Shown here: positions 1 through 11,118 of the stretch, one piece after another
How the letters are laid out: every line of letters starts with the position of its first letter
Position numbering within the stretch: the first letter of the stretch is position 1
The notes under the pieces: model-generated
Told to the model about the DNA's origin: nothing
Seen by the model: only the letters and a program-made list of their open reading frames with translations
Database searches by the model: none
From: Eukaryota sp. TZLM1-RC
Lineage: Eukaryota > Protista > Metamonada: BaSk clade
NCBI GenBank assembly: GCA_040285825.1
Contig: JAUPSS010000002.1
Span: 1,116,001-1,180,000 of the forward strand
DNA length: 64,000 nucleotides
Reading direction: 5' to 3'
Made by a program: the position numbers and the translations under genes

Positions 1-2272
1 TAATTGAATCTAGGTAAGATTCATCAAAGATGCTGATTCGAATGGTAAAATAATCCAGTTGAGGTCTATTCACCATAATGTCAACCCCAATCTGCTGTGA
101 AGTCTCAATACCGGCCAAAGAGACGAAAACATGAGGACTTGACTCAAAGGCATTGTTATAGTATATGTCTGTATCAAAAATACTACCCCCACCTCCTCTA
201 TGAAGTCTCCAAGCCGGTTCCCTGGTGTTGAATTGAATGACGCCCGAGTCTATTTGAAATGCTTCTGGGCAGAGAACGGGGTTAATTACATCAGAAATAG
301 AGGGTGGTTGAATATAAAAGAAAATAAAAACAAATAAAGCGATAAATGAACTGTAAAAAACAAACGCCTTGACTTTTTTCCAAGTAAAAAAAGACCATCT
401 ATAAGGTCTTCCTGGCTGAGGTGGTTGGTCGTCGTTGGTCTCTTGATTTTGGTTGACTTCTGATTCATCATTTCCGTCCTGATCAGTACCTACATCAGTT
501 TCGGTAACATAAACACAATCAGAAGGTAGTTCCACGTCGATAGAGTTAGATTCGCCTTCATCACCATCATTTAATTGATCATTTGATTGATCAGTTTCCG
601 ACTGACGACCACCAGACCCAAACACCTTTTCCCCCACAAGTTTCAAATCATTAACATCCTTGACACTTACTCGGGACGGTAATTGCTTCACATCATCCAC
701 CTCCTCACCACTACTATCCATGCTAGCTGTTTCCCCGCTACTGTTTTCGTCTTCTGTGGAGTGGTATTCGAGATCAAGACCAGTAAACTTGGAAAGTTCT
801 GCTGTGAATTCGGGTTGAGAAACTTTCTGTAAATGACCATTTTTTGGTTCTTTTTCTTTTGTCTTCTCTTGCTCTCCTTCACTCTCAAGTTCAGATTCCT
901 CCGTGTCTCCAAGTTTTTCAAGCATGGGATCTGTATCGCCTTGGAATTTCTGCCCCCTAATCAAACCTATTCTTCTGAAAAATAAACAAGTGTTGAGGGA
1001 ATCGTGGACATCTTTGGGGTTTAAAGAAAGATTTGCAATCATTTGAATTCTAGGGCAATATTGTAGAATAAACCTTAGAACGGAGGTGAATAAGCAGTTC
1101 CTATAAGGAATGTGGGTCTTTTTGGAGGTAATTGCATTTAAAACCCCTTCCAAGAAGAACAGACTCTTATTGATCTTTACAGATTCATTAAAAAAGGGAG
1201 AATTTTTTCCCGACTCCTTATCAAAAGCCGCCAAGTCTACCAAAACTAACTTTGAATGGGTTTGTAATTGTCTGGAAACTAAATGAATTGAGAAAATACC
1301 ATGCCCTCTTGTAGACAACATATTAGATTTAGTTTTTCTTATAGTTCTAAATTCAGTACCCCTTGCCAGTTTTACCATTGCATCTCTTAGATCATCAACC
1401 TTGACTTGTCTCAGTCCTGGAATGATGCTGATTTGCTGGTTGGCAGATGCAGACATCACTAGTGAAGTGTTTAATTGAACAGGGCTTTTCTCACCTCTAT
1501 TGTTCTCTTCAATAGAAAGTAAGTCTGAAACACCCTCGCCATGAACTTCGAAATAAGACAAATGAACTTCTTGATCATCAGAAAGATTGTTGAAAATACA
1601 CTTTAAGCACCGTGGAATTAACCCCATAGTTTCGGTGGTGTTTTCAAGAGGTGATCCAAATAAGGTGTAACTTTTCCCTGCACCTGATCCTCCGTGATTC
1701 ATTATAGTTGTTGATTTATTTGCAAATAAGGCTGAAATACTTGGAACTGCAACTTCCTTGAATATAGCCAAGTTATCTTTTGTAAAAACTCTGGTAAAGG
1801 GAAAAGACCACGTTTCCTTCGTGTTGTTGACGCCTTGTTGTGTATTGGTTCTAGGGATCTTCATAATGATGGAATCTGTTGCGTCATCAAGTTCAATGGG
1901 AGACTGGTCGGGATAAGGCTTGAGTCGGCAGAAAACCGCTATTGGTTTTATTGTTTTCCTTTGTCTAGTTGGACTAGAAAGTTCAACTTCATCTCTGTCG
2001 GGGGATCCTACAAGATTAAGATTAAATAATTTGGTTGGGATCTTTCTTCTAGGAGGAGAAGGAGACTTGGGAGTAGGAGTTGGAGATGGTTTTGGTGGAA
2101 GAACATCTCCAGGTTTCCTTGCTTTAACCAGAGGTTTTTTTCTTGGTTCTTCAGTGCTTGTAGTGGAAGAAGTGCGTTTAATAGAAGACTCAGGAGTTGC
2201 TGATGCTGAACGAAGCTTATTCGATTCTGCAAGAGAAGCAAGGTCCTGTAATGTTACGAATTTTGGGGGCAT
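1..2272 (-). CDS. Divergent kinesin (KIF6/KIF9-like motor) + acidic linker + single TM helix + C-terminal H-type lectin-like domain; 3' end runs off the window
   Basis: Absent from the ORF track because the stop lies outside the window. Manual translation from ATG 2272 (MPPKFVTLQDL) gives VFCRLKP, WSFPFTRVF, P-loop HGGSGAGKSYTLFG, GLIPRCL, LSYFEVH, NMLSTRGHGIF, LVLVDLAAFD, INKSLFFL and HIPYRNCLFT. TM segment KKVK-AFVFYSSFIALFVFIFFYI lies at ~310-380, followed by NNAFESSPHVFVSLAGIE...DYFTIRISIFDESYLDSI in the same frame as the ATG. Confidence 0.85.
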   Translation of the reverse strand, partial: MPPKFVTLQDLASLAESNKLRSASATPESSIKRTSSTTSTEEPRKKPLVKARKPGDVLPPKPSPTPTPKSPSPPRRKIPTKLFNLNLVGSPDRDEVELSSPTRQRKTIKPIAVFCRLKPYPDQSPIELDDATDSIIMKIPRTNTQQGVNNTKETWSFPFTRVFTKDNLAIFKEVAVPSISALFANKSTTIMNHGGSGAGKSYTLFGSPLENTTETMGLIPRCLKCIFNNLSDDQEVHLSYFEVHGEGVSDLLSIEENNRGEKSPVQLNTSLVMSASANQQISIIPGLRQVKVDDLRDAMVKLARGTEFRTIRKTKSNMLSTRGHGIFSIHLVSRQLQTHSKLVLVDLAAFDKESGKNSPFFNESVKINKSLFFLEGVLNAITSKKTHIPYRNCLFTSVLRFILQYCPRIQMIANLSLNPKDVHDSLNTCLFFRRIGLIRGQKFQGDTDPMLEKLGDTEESELESEGEQEKTKEKEPKNGHLQKVSQPEFTAELSKFTGLDLEYHSTEDENSSGETASMDSSGEEVDDVKQLPSRVSVKDVNDLKLVGEKVFGSGGRQSETDQSNDQLNDGDEGESNSIDVELPSDCVYVTETDVGTDQDGNDESEVNQNQETNDDQPPQPGRPYRWSFFTWKKVKAFVFYSSFIALFVFIFFYIQPPSISDVINPVLCPEAFQIDSGVIQFNTREPAWRLHRGGGGSIFDTDIYYNNAFESSPHVFVSLAGIETSQQIGVDIMVNRPQLDYFTIRISIFDESYLDSI

Positions 2273-2808
2273 TAAGCCGGCCCCGTTATGGTAGAAGAAT
2301 GATGTACAATGTTTGGAGTGATCTAATCACCTCAGATTGGCAGGAAGTAAAGATTTTGTTCCCTTTTTAGGGATTTCATTTTCAGATGCTTTAATCCATC
2401 CAGCAATTCTGAGTCAATTCGAGCAGTAGTGAAACACAAGATATTGTGCTTTTTGTGTGGAACGTACTTTCGTCTGTTGGTTTTAGTGCTTCATTCAATG
2501 AAAACTTAGAAGACTAATAGCTAAGAGGAGGTAGCCTCTGTGGAATCATCATAAACTATGGTTTTATTGAAAACTGCTTTATTGGAATTATATGTCTTAA
2601 GCTTAAGAGTGTCGTATAATAGCTGATTATAACTCTATCCAAATCAAACTTTGATTTCTTGATAACTTCTTCCTTTTTGTTAACACGAGTAACGTGTAAT
2701 TCTGGACACTGAATCTAACTATTTCCATATATGAATGGTAGTTTTTAGTGATTTTGGCAACCATGAATCCATAAACGGCTAATTTGTGTTGGCTATGGTG
2801 TCACTTTG

Positions 2809-3477
2809 CTAATAGGTCTTTGGACGCCGCCTCTTTTCCCTCTTCTTATTCAAACGCGAGGGCGAACCATGTATTTCTCTTGCTATTCTTCTAATCGTTG
2901 ATCTATCATATAGGCGCCCTGGGGCTGCTCTTTTGTAATAAGGATTTTCAACGTATTCACATTCAAGCCGACACAAGTACTTTTCAGTTACACCATATGT
3001 TTTGGTAGCTGTTGAAGCAAACATTCTTCTATGTTCTTCAAACAGCATAGTGAATTGTGAAGAATACACAATCAGTGTGGAGGATTGTTTCTCTTCCTCT
3101 GTGCAAGGAAGAGATTCACGAACAAAGGACCACATTGTACGAGATAAGCGATGGATTCTTTTATTTGATATTTTAGACATTTTCCTCGTAAACATCAGCA
3201 TATCTTCATACGTCCAAAAAAGATTTGGTTTAGCCAAATAGTATGCAATGTGGTTGAGAATTGGGACTGGAAAGGTTGGAAATGGGTTAGTTATGGGTTC
3301 TTCCTGGCGCATCCTCTTTTGGTTTCTAAGCATTTTAGTTGAAATTCGTCGCTTTCGAGTGACTGTCTGACATTTTGGCTTTTTGGTAGTTGATGCATGT
3401 GAATACGCAAGGGTTGCAGTTACATCTGTGGGAATGTCTTTGGAAGAAAGCTTCCGTGCTTGTGAACGGGTCAACAT
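2809..3477 (-). CDS. Protein with F-box-like segment and XPA C-terminal-like domain
   Basis: First ATG at 3477 (MLTRSQAR). FPTFPVPILNHIAYYL is F-box-like; TATKTYGVTEKYL...VENPYYKRAAPGRLYDRSTIRRIAREIHGS resembles the XPA_C-type motif. Confidence 0.6.
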   Translation of the reverse strand: MLTRSQARKLSSKDIPTDVTATLAYSHASTTKKPKCQTVTRKRRISTKMLRNQKRMRQEEPITNPFPTFPVPILNHIAYYLAKPNLFWTYEDMLMFTRKMSKISNKRIHRLSRTMWSFVRESLPCTEEEKQSSTLIVYSSQFTMLFEEHRRMFASTATKTYGVTEKYLCRLECEYVENPYYKRAAPGRLYDRSTIRRIAREIHGSPSRLNKKREKRRRPKTY

Positions 3478-3536
3478 TAGATTGAACTGTAGATAATCAA
3501 AGTTCAATACTACCAAAGTTGTAGACTGAAATAAAA

Positions 3537-4490
3537 AAATCTTTTCAGGAATATTACCATTGAATGATTAGGGAAAGCATCGACTCCCTTTTTCTACTTC
3601 AATTTTTGAAATTTTTTCATTTAATGCAAAACTAGTACAACTATGCATTGTCATTAATAAATCTTCCCAAAAGGCAAATCTTTCAGAAAACTCAATTTTT
3701 GCATTTCTGCATCCACCGATACAAGCACATGAAGTAAGAATTGATGCCTTTGTCAAACTTAAACCGACATAATGTGAACTAAGATAAGCATGATCAGGAA
3801 TTTGGGACACTTTACATCCTGGTAATTGTGACAAGACTTTTGCACGTAATTCATTGAACTTATGAGCCAAAGGCCAAGTGATAAGACGATTTGTAGAGTG
3901 ACATATATGATTGAAATCGGAATTAAAACAAAGTCTTATAAATGTAAATTTGATATGAAAATGAGAACCTTTAAGGGGGTAATTCATGCTAATGAATGAA
4001 TTCAATATTTTAATTCAAATTTAATAGAATTGAATCAAAAACACTTGAACCCATTAATTGCTGGTCGATTTGTTGTTACTTGTAGTATTTAAAAAACAAT
4101 ATTTTATTCAACAACAAATATGCAAAGTATGTAGTATTTACACACATTATTATAAACCATTCAAATTAAAAACAGTTTCTAAAATTTTTTAGGGGAGAGT
4201 AATATTGAACTTGATCCTCAGTATATTGCAAAGTGTTAGAAGGTTCAAGACCTCAGGTTCACTTAGGCCAATGACCAAAACAGCTTTACAAAATCCTCGT
4301 TGTGCTTATTGTTGGATTTCTTCCATCAACATTTAAAAGACAAAATTGTTCCAAAAGTTTTAACAAAAATGGAACTTAGAGGTGATGTCATATAACCTGG
4401 ATTAGATGGAACCTTCATTTTATTGGATGTAATGTCTGTTGATTCTTGTAATGCCTCAAATGACAGGCTTGCTAATTCATTCAATAACTC
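3537..4490. mobile_element. Composite of CRE-like non-LTR retrotransposon fragments (family A thumb region on -, family D endonuclease region on +)
   Basis: The minus strand encodes HFHIKFTFIRLCFNS...HAYLSSHYVGLSLTKASILTSC. The plus strand at ~4375-4480 encodes RGDVI*PGLDGTFILLDVMSVD. The same composite recurs at 42270-43000. Confidence 0.75.
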
Positions 4491-4493
4491 AGC

Positions 4494-4690
4494 TCATTTG
4501 TCTCGTTTACGAACCTCAGGCTTGTTCAACTGGCCATTAGATCTAACTAAAACATCATCAAGGTAAATTGAAGCAAATGGATCAACAGTAGTAAAATCAA
4601 CAACAACTTGAGAGTAATCCACAAAAGGAGCGATTAAATCACCACGACGAGAATCAAACAAATTATTATCACTATAATGCTTCAACAAGG
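4494..4690 (-). mobile_element. Restriction-like endonuclease fragment of a further CRE-like family
   Basis: RRGDLIAPFVDYSQVVVDFTTVDPF matches the R-x-D...D-x-T motif of RLE domains. Confidence 0.6.
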
Positions 4691-4714
4691 GTTAATTTAA
4701 TATAATATATAATA

Positions 4715-5070
4715 TTTTTTAGCTGGAATTTTTATTAAGAAAAAAAATCTATCTAGAATTCAATATCCTCCAAACAAGCGTCACTATTACTAAACCGACT
4801 CACATATTCTACACCAATAGCTAGAAGTGCCTTTGAAATCATTGTTGGAATAGACTTGAAAACGCAAAAAACAATTCTATTTAACCAGAAAGTGGAATTC
4901 ATTGTTTTACCAGACCTATTCAGTAGTGCAACCCTGAAGGTCCAATATTGCCAAAAAGAGAAATTGCAAACGGCACAAACTGATATTTCACATGTTCTAC
5001 TCTACCTAACTGTGCCAAAGGTTCTTCATATATTTTTATCTTCTTTTTTCGGCGTTAGATAACGGCGAAT
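4715..5070 (-). mobile_element. 3' fragment of CRE-like family B
   Basis: Near-identical to 9630-10035 apart from small deletions; encodes QFVPFAISLFGNIGPSGLH and ACLEDIEF*. Confidence 0.8.
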
Positions 5071-5423
5071 CATATAATATTCAAGACATATATTTATATT
5101 GTTTAAAAAGTTGCGAAAATGATGGAAAATCAACATTTTTGACAGCCAAAAGTAAATTCAAAAACAGAGGTGCATATTTGGGAAACGAAATAAAGAAAGT
5201 TACAATATTTATTGGATAGTAATTGTGAAAAACGAAAAACTGAACAAGTGATGTAGATGATAAACATTGGTAAGTTATATTAGAATAGGGAAACTGAGTT
5301 ATAGAACCCTTCATTTGTTCAACAAAAAACACCAAAAACAATGTCAAATAAAACCTTCTTAAGAATTAACATTTGTAGGTAACAGAAAAAGTAAAAAAAT
5401 CTACAAAAACATCATAAACACCA

Positions 5424-7634
5424 CTATATCCTATCAATGAACTTTTCCTCAAATGAACTGCAACATTTTACTTCTGAAAGTGAATTTAGACACTGAGTGG
5501 CGTTAATTCTCTTCATAAGAACATCAAAACTGGTACTTGGAGGGACCAGAAAAGAAATTCCAATCAAAACTGATAAAAGACCATTCCTATGTTGTGGAGT
5601 TAATAATCGAAGACGAAAATTACTGAATGAAGGTGATTCGATAAGTAACAAAAATCGATCTAACAGTTCAAGATGTAGATTAGTTAATTCTTCACTTAAT
5701 TTAGAAATAATTTTCAACGCCAGGGAATAAAAGCCTGAATACATTGAAATAATTAAGCAACAAATAGAATTAAACTTCATCAATTCAAACAAATCACCTA
5801 TTGATTCTTCCTTGGCATTGAACAGATCTATTCTGGTTTGAATCAGATATTTGTTTGACAACAAAGACAAACACAGTAAAGGAACGACATCCTGGGAGAT
5901 AAATGGTTGGAAATTTAACCACTTATCTGTACTAAAAACAGGAATTAATCCAGAAATAATGCTATTAAAAAGATAATTGATCTCTAACACAGTAGAGTTG
6001 CTGATGATATCTAAGAAATCAGTAAACAAAGTGACACTGACGGAATAATAGATTAATATATTACAAATCTCGTCAAAGAAAATACTTTCAAAATGGGTAT
6101 CTTTAGAATCATTACAATACAGAAGCGAATCTAATAATTGAACCAAGTGCAATTTTTGGTTTGGCAAAATAAAACATAAATGAGCTAAAGAACGAATAAG
6201 AGGTGAACAAAAAGATTTAATTGAAAAGAAATGATGACTAATTAAAGAATCTAATATACGAAAACAAAACGGAAAAGGTTTGAAATCATTTGACCTTTCA
6301 AGACTTGTTTCTCCTTTTTGATCCACATCAAAATCTACTGGAGGGGGAAACATTGATAAAATAACATTAAGCATGGAACTAAAAGATACTAAAAGATTTG
6401 GTTTTGTGTTCGAGTTGCATATGAAATCCACAAAACCATCGAATATTAGCGAAAAATCTTCACACAACTCAGCACATTCATAAAACCTTTGTACATTGAT
6501 CAATTTCAGTAAACCACTGAGAAAAAGAGGAAACATTGAGGAAAATGTATAAACGAGGCGATCATCTTTTGATCGAAGAGTTATTAACTGAAAACAATGT
6601 AGCCAACGGCAACCTTCCTTAATCAAAACATATTGATTGGAGGTCAGAAGGTTTAAAATTGTCTTGGACAAACTCTCCCAATCGACAGACTCAAACTGGG
6701 GGGCATTTGACATCGAAACTACTGGTCTTGGAGATTCAAACAAACAACTAGACAAAGGGTCATTAAATTGATTGCTGACGTCATAATTCTGATCCTCTTC
6801 AACAGGCACCAAACTCTTAAACTTACTATACAAACCATCAGTAACAATACCACAAAACGAACAGACTTCATTAAAAGAAACTTCTTGATCGACAAAGCCA
6901 AGAACAAATAACCTTTCCTCAGAAGAAGACGAAGGGGTGGTTGGGTGATGGTCAGATGGAAAGTCCTTGACCACGAGAGAAACTTCATGTAGAAGGGTGT
7001 GGAGAAAAGGAAAAATGTCAATATTGAGACAGTCCAGGATGAACATCAAGAAGCGAAGACAGAAACACCGAGAAGAAGAGAGAGGGAGGTGAAGGGTTTG
7101 GCTAATAAGGGGAATCATGGAGGAAAGAGAGAAATGAGGAGTATTATTCAAGATGATGTCTTTAAAAACTCGATCTAAGTGAAGAGCAGCCTTGATTACC
7201 TCAGGTGAAGTGTCAACAACGCCATTTACTAATGCTTTAAAAATAGTGTAAGAGTAGGGAAGGATATGGTGGTTGATGCTCTTGGAGATGTAAATGATGG
7301 ACTCAAAGCAGGTTAATCGTACCTTGTCGTCTAGGTCATATATTTGGTTTATTATAGGGGTGATGAGTGAAGAAAGATGAGAGTATAGAGCAATTGTGTT
7401 AGGGTTATCACTGAAGCAAGAGCAAATAACGGAAAGTGAAGTCAATGCACATTGGCGATGGAGAACTTCATGTGCAGTGGTATGTTTAGCTACATCACTG
7501 ATAAGTTGTTTTAATTCAGAGTCAGCTTTACATTTAGAGAACAGAGTGTGAATGTACGTAGATAAAGAATTACGTTTATCAGAGCCTTTACTGTACAGAT
7601 TCAACAGACGTGTGAAGGAAAACTGGGTCACCAT
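5424..7634 (-). CDS. VAC14: VAC14 homolog (PIKfyve/Fab1 complex scaffold)
   Basis: 736 aa HEAT-repeat protein with DLDDKVRLTCFESIIYISK, VDTSPEVIKAALHLDRVFKDII and the C-terminal Fig4-binding motif LIESPSFSNFRLRLL...LIGISFLVPPSTSFDVLMKRI. Confidence 0.9.
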   Translation of the reverse strand: MVTQFSFTRLLNLYSKGSDKRNSLSTYIHTLFSKCKADSELKQLISDVAKHTTAHEVLHRQCALTSLSVICSCFSDNPNTIALYSHLSSLITPIINQIYDLDDKVRLTCFESIIYISKSINHHILPYSYTIFKALVNGVVDTSPEVIKAALHLDRVFKDIILNNTPHFSLSSMIPLISQTLHLPLSSSRCFCLRFLMFILDCLNIDIFPFLHTLLHEVSLVVKDFPSDHHPTTPSSSSEERLFVLGFVDQEVSFNEVCSFCGIVTDGLYSKFKSLVPVEEDQNYDVSNQFNDPLSSCLFESPRPVVSMSNAPQFESVDWESLSKTILNLLTSNQYVLIKEGCRWLHCFQLITLRSKDDRLVYTFSSMFPLFLSGLLKLINVQRFYECAELCEDFSLIFDGFVDFICNSNTKPNLLVSFSSMLNVILSMFPPPVDFDVDQKGETSLERSNDFKPFPFCFRILDSLISHHFFSIKSFCSPLIRSLAHLCFILPNQKLHLVQLLDSLLYCNDSKDTHFESIFFDEICNILIYYSVSVTLFTDFLDIISNSTVLEINYLFNSIISGLIPVFSTDKWLNFQPFISQDVVPLLCLSLLSNKYLIQTRIDLFNAKEESIGDLFELMKFNSICCLIISMYSGFYSLALKIISKLSEELTNLHLELLDRFLLLIESPSFSNFRLRLLTPQHRNGLLSVLIGISFLVPPSTSFDVLMKRINATQCLNSLSEVKCCSSFEEKFIDRI

Positions 7635-8030
7635 TCTTACGGATGCTGTCTACAACAATGTAGTAACTTATTACTAGTGAAGTATTCTTGAGACTGATGT
7701 GGAGGGATTGTGTTTTATATGTGGTTTTCAAAAAGATCTTGTTCTGCTTGGCTCTTTGTATGTTTGCTCGTCTATCTCCTCCATGGGCTTCCATCACTGC
7801 AAACATATTCAGTCAAGCAATTCGATCCTTATTCCATAATACAACTTCATGAATTAATGTGTTATGAAATGACATTTATATCAACAAACTTTGATTTAAT
7901 AAGCGTTTATCTCAATTAGACTTACCATTTCACCGAGAATGATGTTTTATATAATATGTTTTCTCCATTGAAAAGAATTCAATGCTGCCAAAATAGTTTT
8001 CTAACAGTTGTTACTAAATTCTGTAATCAA
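7635..8030 (-). mobile_element. Fanzor1 family-1 internally deleted remnant ('ghost'-like): RuvC-III/C-terminus plus right end abutting the VAC14 ATG
   Basis: The minus strand encodes LWNKDRIA*LNMFAVMEAHGGDR, matching L*NRDRNASLNMLAVMEAHLNGGDR at 44455-44530. The terminal 26 nt match 44649-44674 at 23/26 positions. An upstream patch KTILAALNS resembles KATLSQFNS. Confidence 0.8.
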
Positions 8031-8239
8031 AACCAAAGAGGCTGGCAATATCAGTGATACCGAAGCCACACCCGTTCAAATGAGAAAAAACCTACACAGT
8101 AACAAGAAAAGTGCTGTGGTTGTGAAAATTTATAAAATAATAAATTAATAGTTTCATGAGCTTTTAATCAATTTATCACTAGAGTTTTCAATTGAGGATA
8201 AAGATAGATAAATTGTTTTTTTCCAATAGTCAAATTTTA

Positions 8240-9460
8240 GTTTATTAAACTTACACACTTGACAAAATAAAATCATAACTAATGGAACGAACTTCATAGA
8301 ACCAAGATTTCCTCTACAAAATCTTGATCTGCTTGCTGTCTAGCTAAAGCTTCTCTAATTCGATTGAAAAACCGCGGTAATCTATTAATAATGGCGAATT
8401 GAATTCGAGAGCACTATAAAAAGAGATCAAATCTTGTCGTTGTTTTTTGTTCCCGCTTCTACTCATAGTCTTCCGTTGATCGAAAATGCTAAAGTCACAA
8501 AAACAAGTGGTCTATTTCTATCAGCATTACCTTCTTCGATATCTTTGTAATATTTTCTATGTTTTTCTTTGACTTTAAATTCAAGAGCATTTACATGAAT
8601 AAGTCTTCTTCCTTGAACCAAAGTGCCATTTGCAAGATTACAGGAGACACAGTCAACAACAGCTGCAGAGTTCTCAATCCATGCACAGTATACATCACCT
8701 TTGTCATCAGAACCAATATTATTCAATAACAGTGTTTCCTTCAGCAGAGGCTGTTTATTACACGAGATTCTTGCAGTTCATGCCATTTTAAAAACAGTGT
8801 CTCTAACAGCATCATGTGATGAAGAACGATAAGTCATCAATTTCGAACAATTCAGAGCATGGCGCAAAGTGAGTTGAGGTGAATTCGAACAGATAGATTT
8901 TTCTTGTAATAATTGATTAATGGTAATATTCAAAACTAATCTCATTTTTGTTATAAACGCTTCATTAATAGCACACAGGCCAAAGCTTCGTGGCACAATG
9001 GTCACAAACAGTGAAGATTCTGATGACTGATTTTCACAAACACCTTTTTCCAATAACAATGAGTGAAGATCTTGATTTAAAACAGCCGAGCTGCATATAT
9101 TATTATAAAGATCATTTTCATACATTGCAGTCAATCGTTTCTGTAATGTTCGAAGAATGTATTTTATCTTTAAAAAATTCTTTTCAGGAATATTACTATT
9201 CAATGATTCGGGTAAGCATAGACTCCATTGTTCTACATCAATTTTTGAAATTTCTTCATTTAACGCAAAAATAGTAGAGCTTTGTGTTGTCATCAATAAA
9301 TCTTCCCAATCTGCAAATCCTTTAGAAAAATCAAAAATTGCATTTCTACATCCACCAATAATAGCACATGAAGTAAGAATAGAAGCCTTTGTCCAACCTA
9401 AACCGCCATAATGTGAACTAAGATAAACATGATCAGGAATTTGGAACATTGTACATCCCA
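8240..9460 (-). mobile_element. CRE-like non-LTR retrotransposon family A, 5'-truncated and frameshifted
   Basis: Thumb motif LSSHYGGLG, Cys/His knuckle CSNSPQLTLRHALNC...H, RLE KGDVYC..VVD, and the family 3' end RIQFAIINRLPRFFNRIREALARQQADQDFVEEILV. Confidence 0.85.
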
Positions 9461-9624
9461 GTAATGGATTTATTTAATCAAAAGAGTCTTAATAGAAAAA
9501 CATGAAGTTTGTGTTTGGTTTCAGCAAGCAAATGGAATGCTAGATATTTTTAATGAAGTGCCATATCTAATTTTATTAAATTTTTGAGCATACAATAAAT
9601 TGCGCAAAATAGTAGAATGCTCAT

Positions 9625-10430
9625 AATTTTTTTAACTGGAATATTTATTGAGAGAAAAAAACCCTAGAATCTAAAATCTAGAATTCAATATCCTCCAAAC
9701 AAGCATTACTATTACTAAACCTACTCACAGCATTACGTTCATATTCTACACCAATAGCCAACAGTGCCCTTGAAATCATTGTTGGAATAGACTTGAAAAT
9801 GCAAAAAACAATTCTATTTAACCAGAAAGTGGAGTTCATTGTTTTACCAGACCTATTCAGTAACACTTTTTGGAAATTTTCAAAAAAGTGCAACCCTGAA
9901 GGTCCAATATTGCCAAAAAGAGAAATTGCAAACGGCACAAACTGATATTTCACATGTTCCCCTCTACCTAACTGTGCCAAAGGTTCTTCATATTTTTTTA
10001 TCTTCTTTTTTTCGGCGTTAGATAACGGCGAATCAGCGGAATACACTGAACGAGCAGCAGATTTTTTGCAAACATCAACTGAGACAACATCTACAACATT
10101 GAGAACACCATCGATCTCTGGAGCTACTAGATCTGCCCTTCTTTTATCAAAGGAATCATCAGTTTGTTCTGAAGACAGCTTACGTACTAATGGCTCAATA
10201 AATGCCTCTATATTGAAACTTTTGCACATGGCATATAACTGATCACGAACTGAGTCGTGAACAATTGAGCGATAAGTTATAAAATACTTACAGTTTAAAA
10301 TATGGGAAAGCGTAACAACAATCTTGCAGTGACAAATTAAATCATTTGGTAAAGAACAAGGCCATAGAAAACATCTCATTCTCATTGCAGTGGTCCATTG
10401 GTGATCATTAAGTAGAATGCTCATAATACT
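9625..10430 (-). mobile_element. CRE-like non-LTR retrotransposon family B, C-terminal Zn-knuckle + RLE fragment
   Basis: ICHCKIVVTLSHILNCKYFITYRSIVHDSVRD, IEPL, RRADLVAP...VVDVVSVD, AEKKKIKKY, FVPFAISLFGNIG. Confidence 0.85.
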
Positions 10431-10504
10431 GTACAACTCCCTCTCAATGTCGAGGAAGGTATAATTTATTGCCATCAATTTTTTGATGCAAAGTTGGAAA
10501 ATTG

Positions 10505-10550
10505 TATTTATTGAATTTGCACACTTGATTAAATTAAATCATAACTAAGT
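10505..10550 (-). repeat. Isolated 3' UTR tip of CRE-like family A
   Basis: tttattgaatttgcacacttgattaaattaaatcataactaa matches 39703-39745 and the reverse complement of 35230-35272. Confidence 0.7.
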
Positions 10551-11118
10551 TGGAAAATCGATTTCAAAATGTGATAATCGCAAAGCCAGTACAATTAAAT
10601 CAAAATTGAAAAAATTATGGCCTAAACAACCAACAATTTTTTACCATAAGTAAATTCTACAAATGAATATAATCGATCTTTTTCATGATCAAATCTATTC
10701 AATGAGACAACAAAAAGTTTTCAAAGATTAATAGACTCCAATTTGAGCCACCATCCACTTGTGAACTGTCGTTGACATGGATGAAACATGTATTGTTAAT
10801 ATTTAAATTCAAGTAATCGGATGGTGGACTGTCATGATGTAAATTTGTTCGAATGGTTGAAGGTGGAATGATTCAAAATTGCAAGCTCCAAAATTGACCA
10901 ATTGACAGCCGGAAAAATTATAAAGTTCAATGGAAAGGAAAAATGTATCCACAGTAGAACTAACAATTTTTAAAACAGATTCTCCAAACACAGTTTTATT
11001 ACAACTAGCAACCTCAGAACGTGGAAAGTGGGTCAAAAATAAATAAATAAAGGGATAATTGCAAAAGTACCAGTGAATTGTTCAACAGGAAGAACGAGCT
11101 AACCCTATAAATAACCCT

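Noticed and set aside
286-2294. Short track ORFs 286-471, 688-921, 1835-2029, 1920-2294 and 2008-2241
   Set aside because: These are alternate-frame or antisense shadows of the kinesin CDS; the same applies to most short ORFs overlapping long genes.
2265-2352. U1 snRNA-like words on the minus strand (ACTTCCTG, GATCAC, CATTGTAC)
   Set aside because: The 5' motif lacks the ACTTACCTG match, GATCAC lies in a stem rather than a loop, there is no Sm site, and the spacing is too short.
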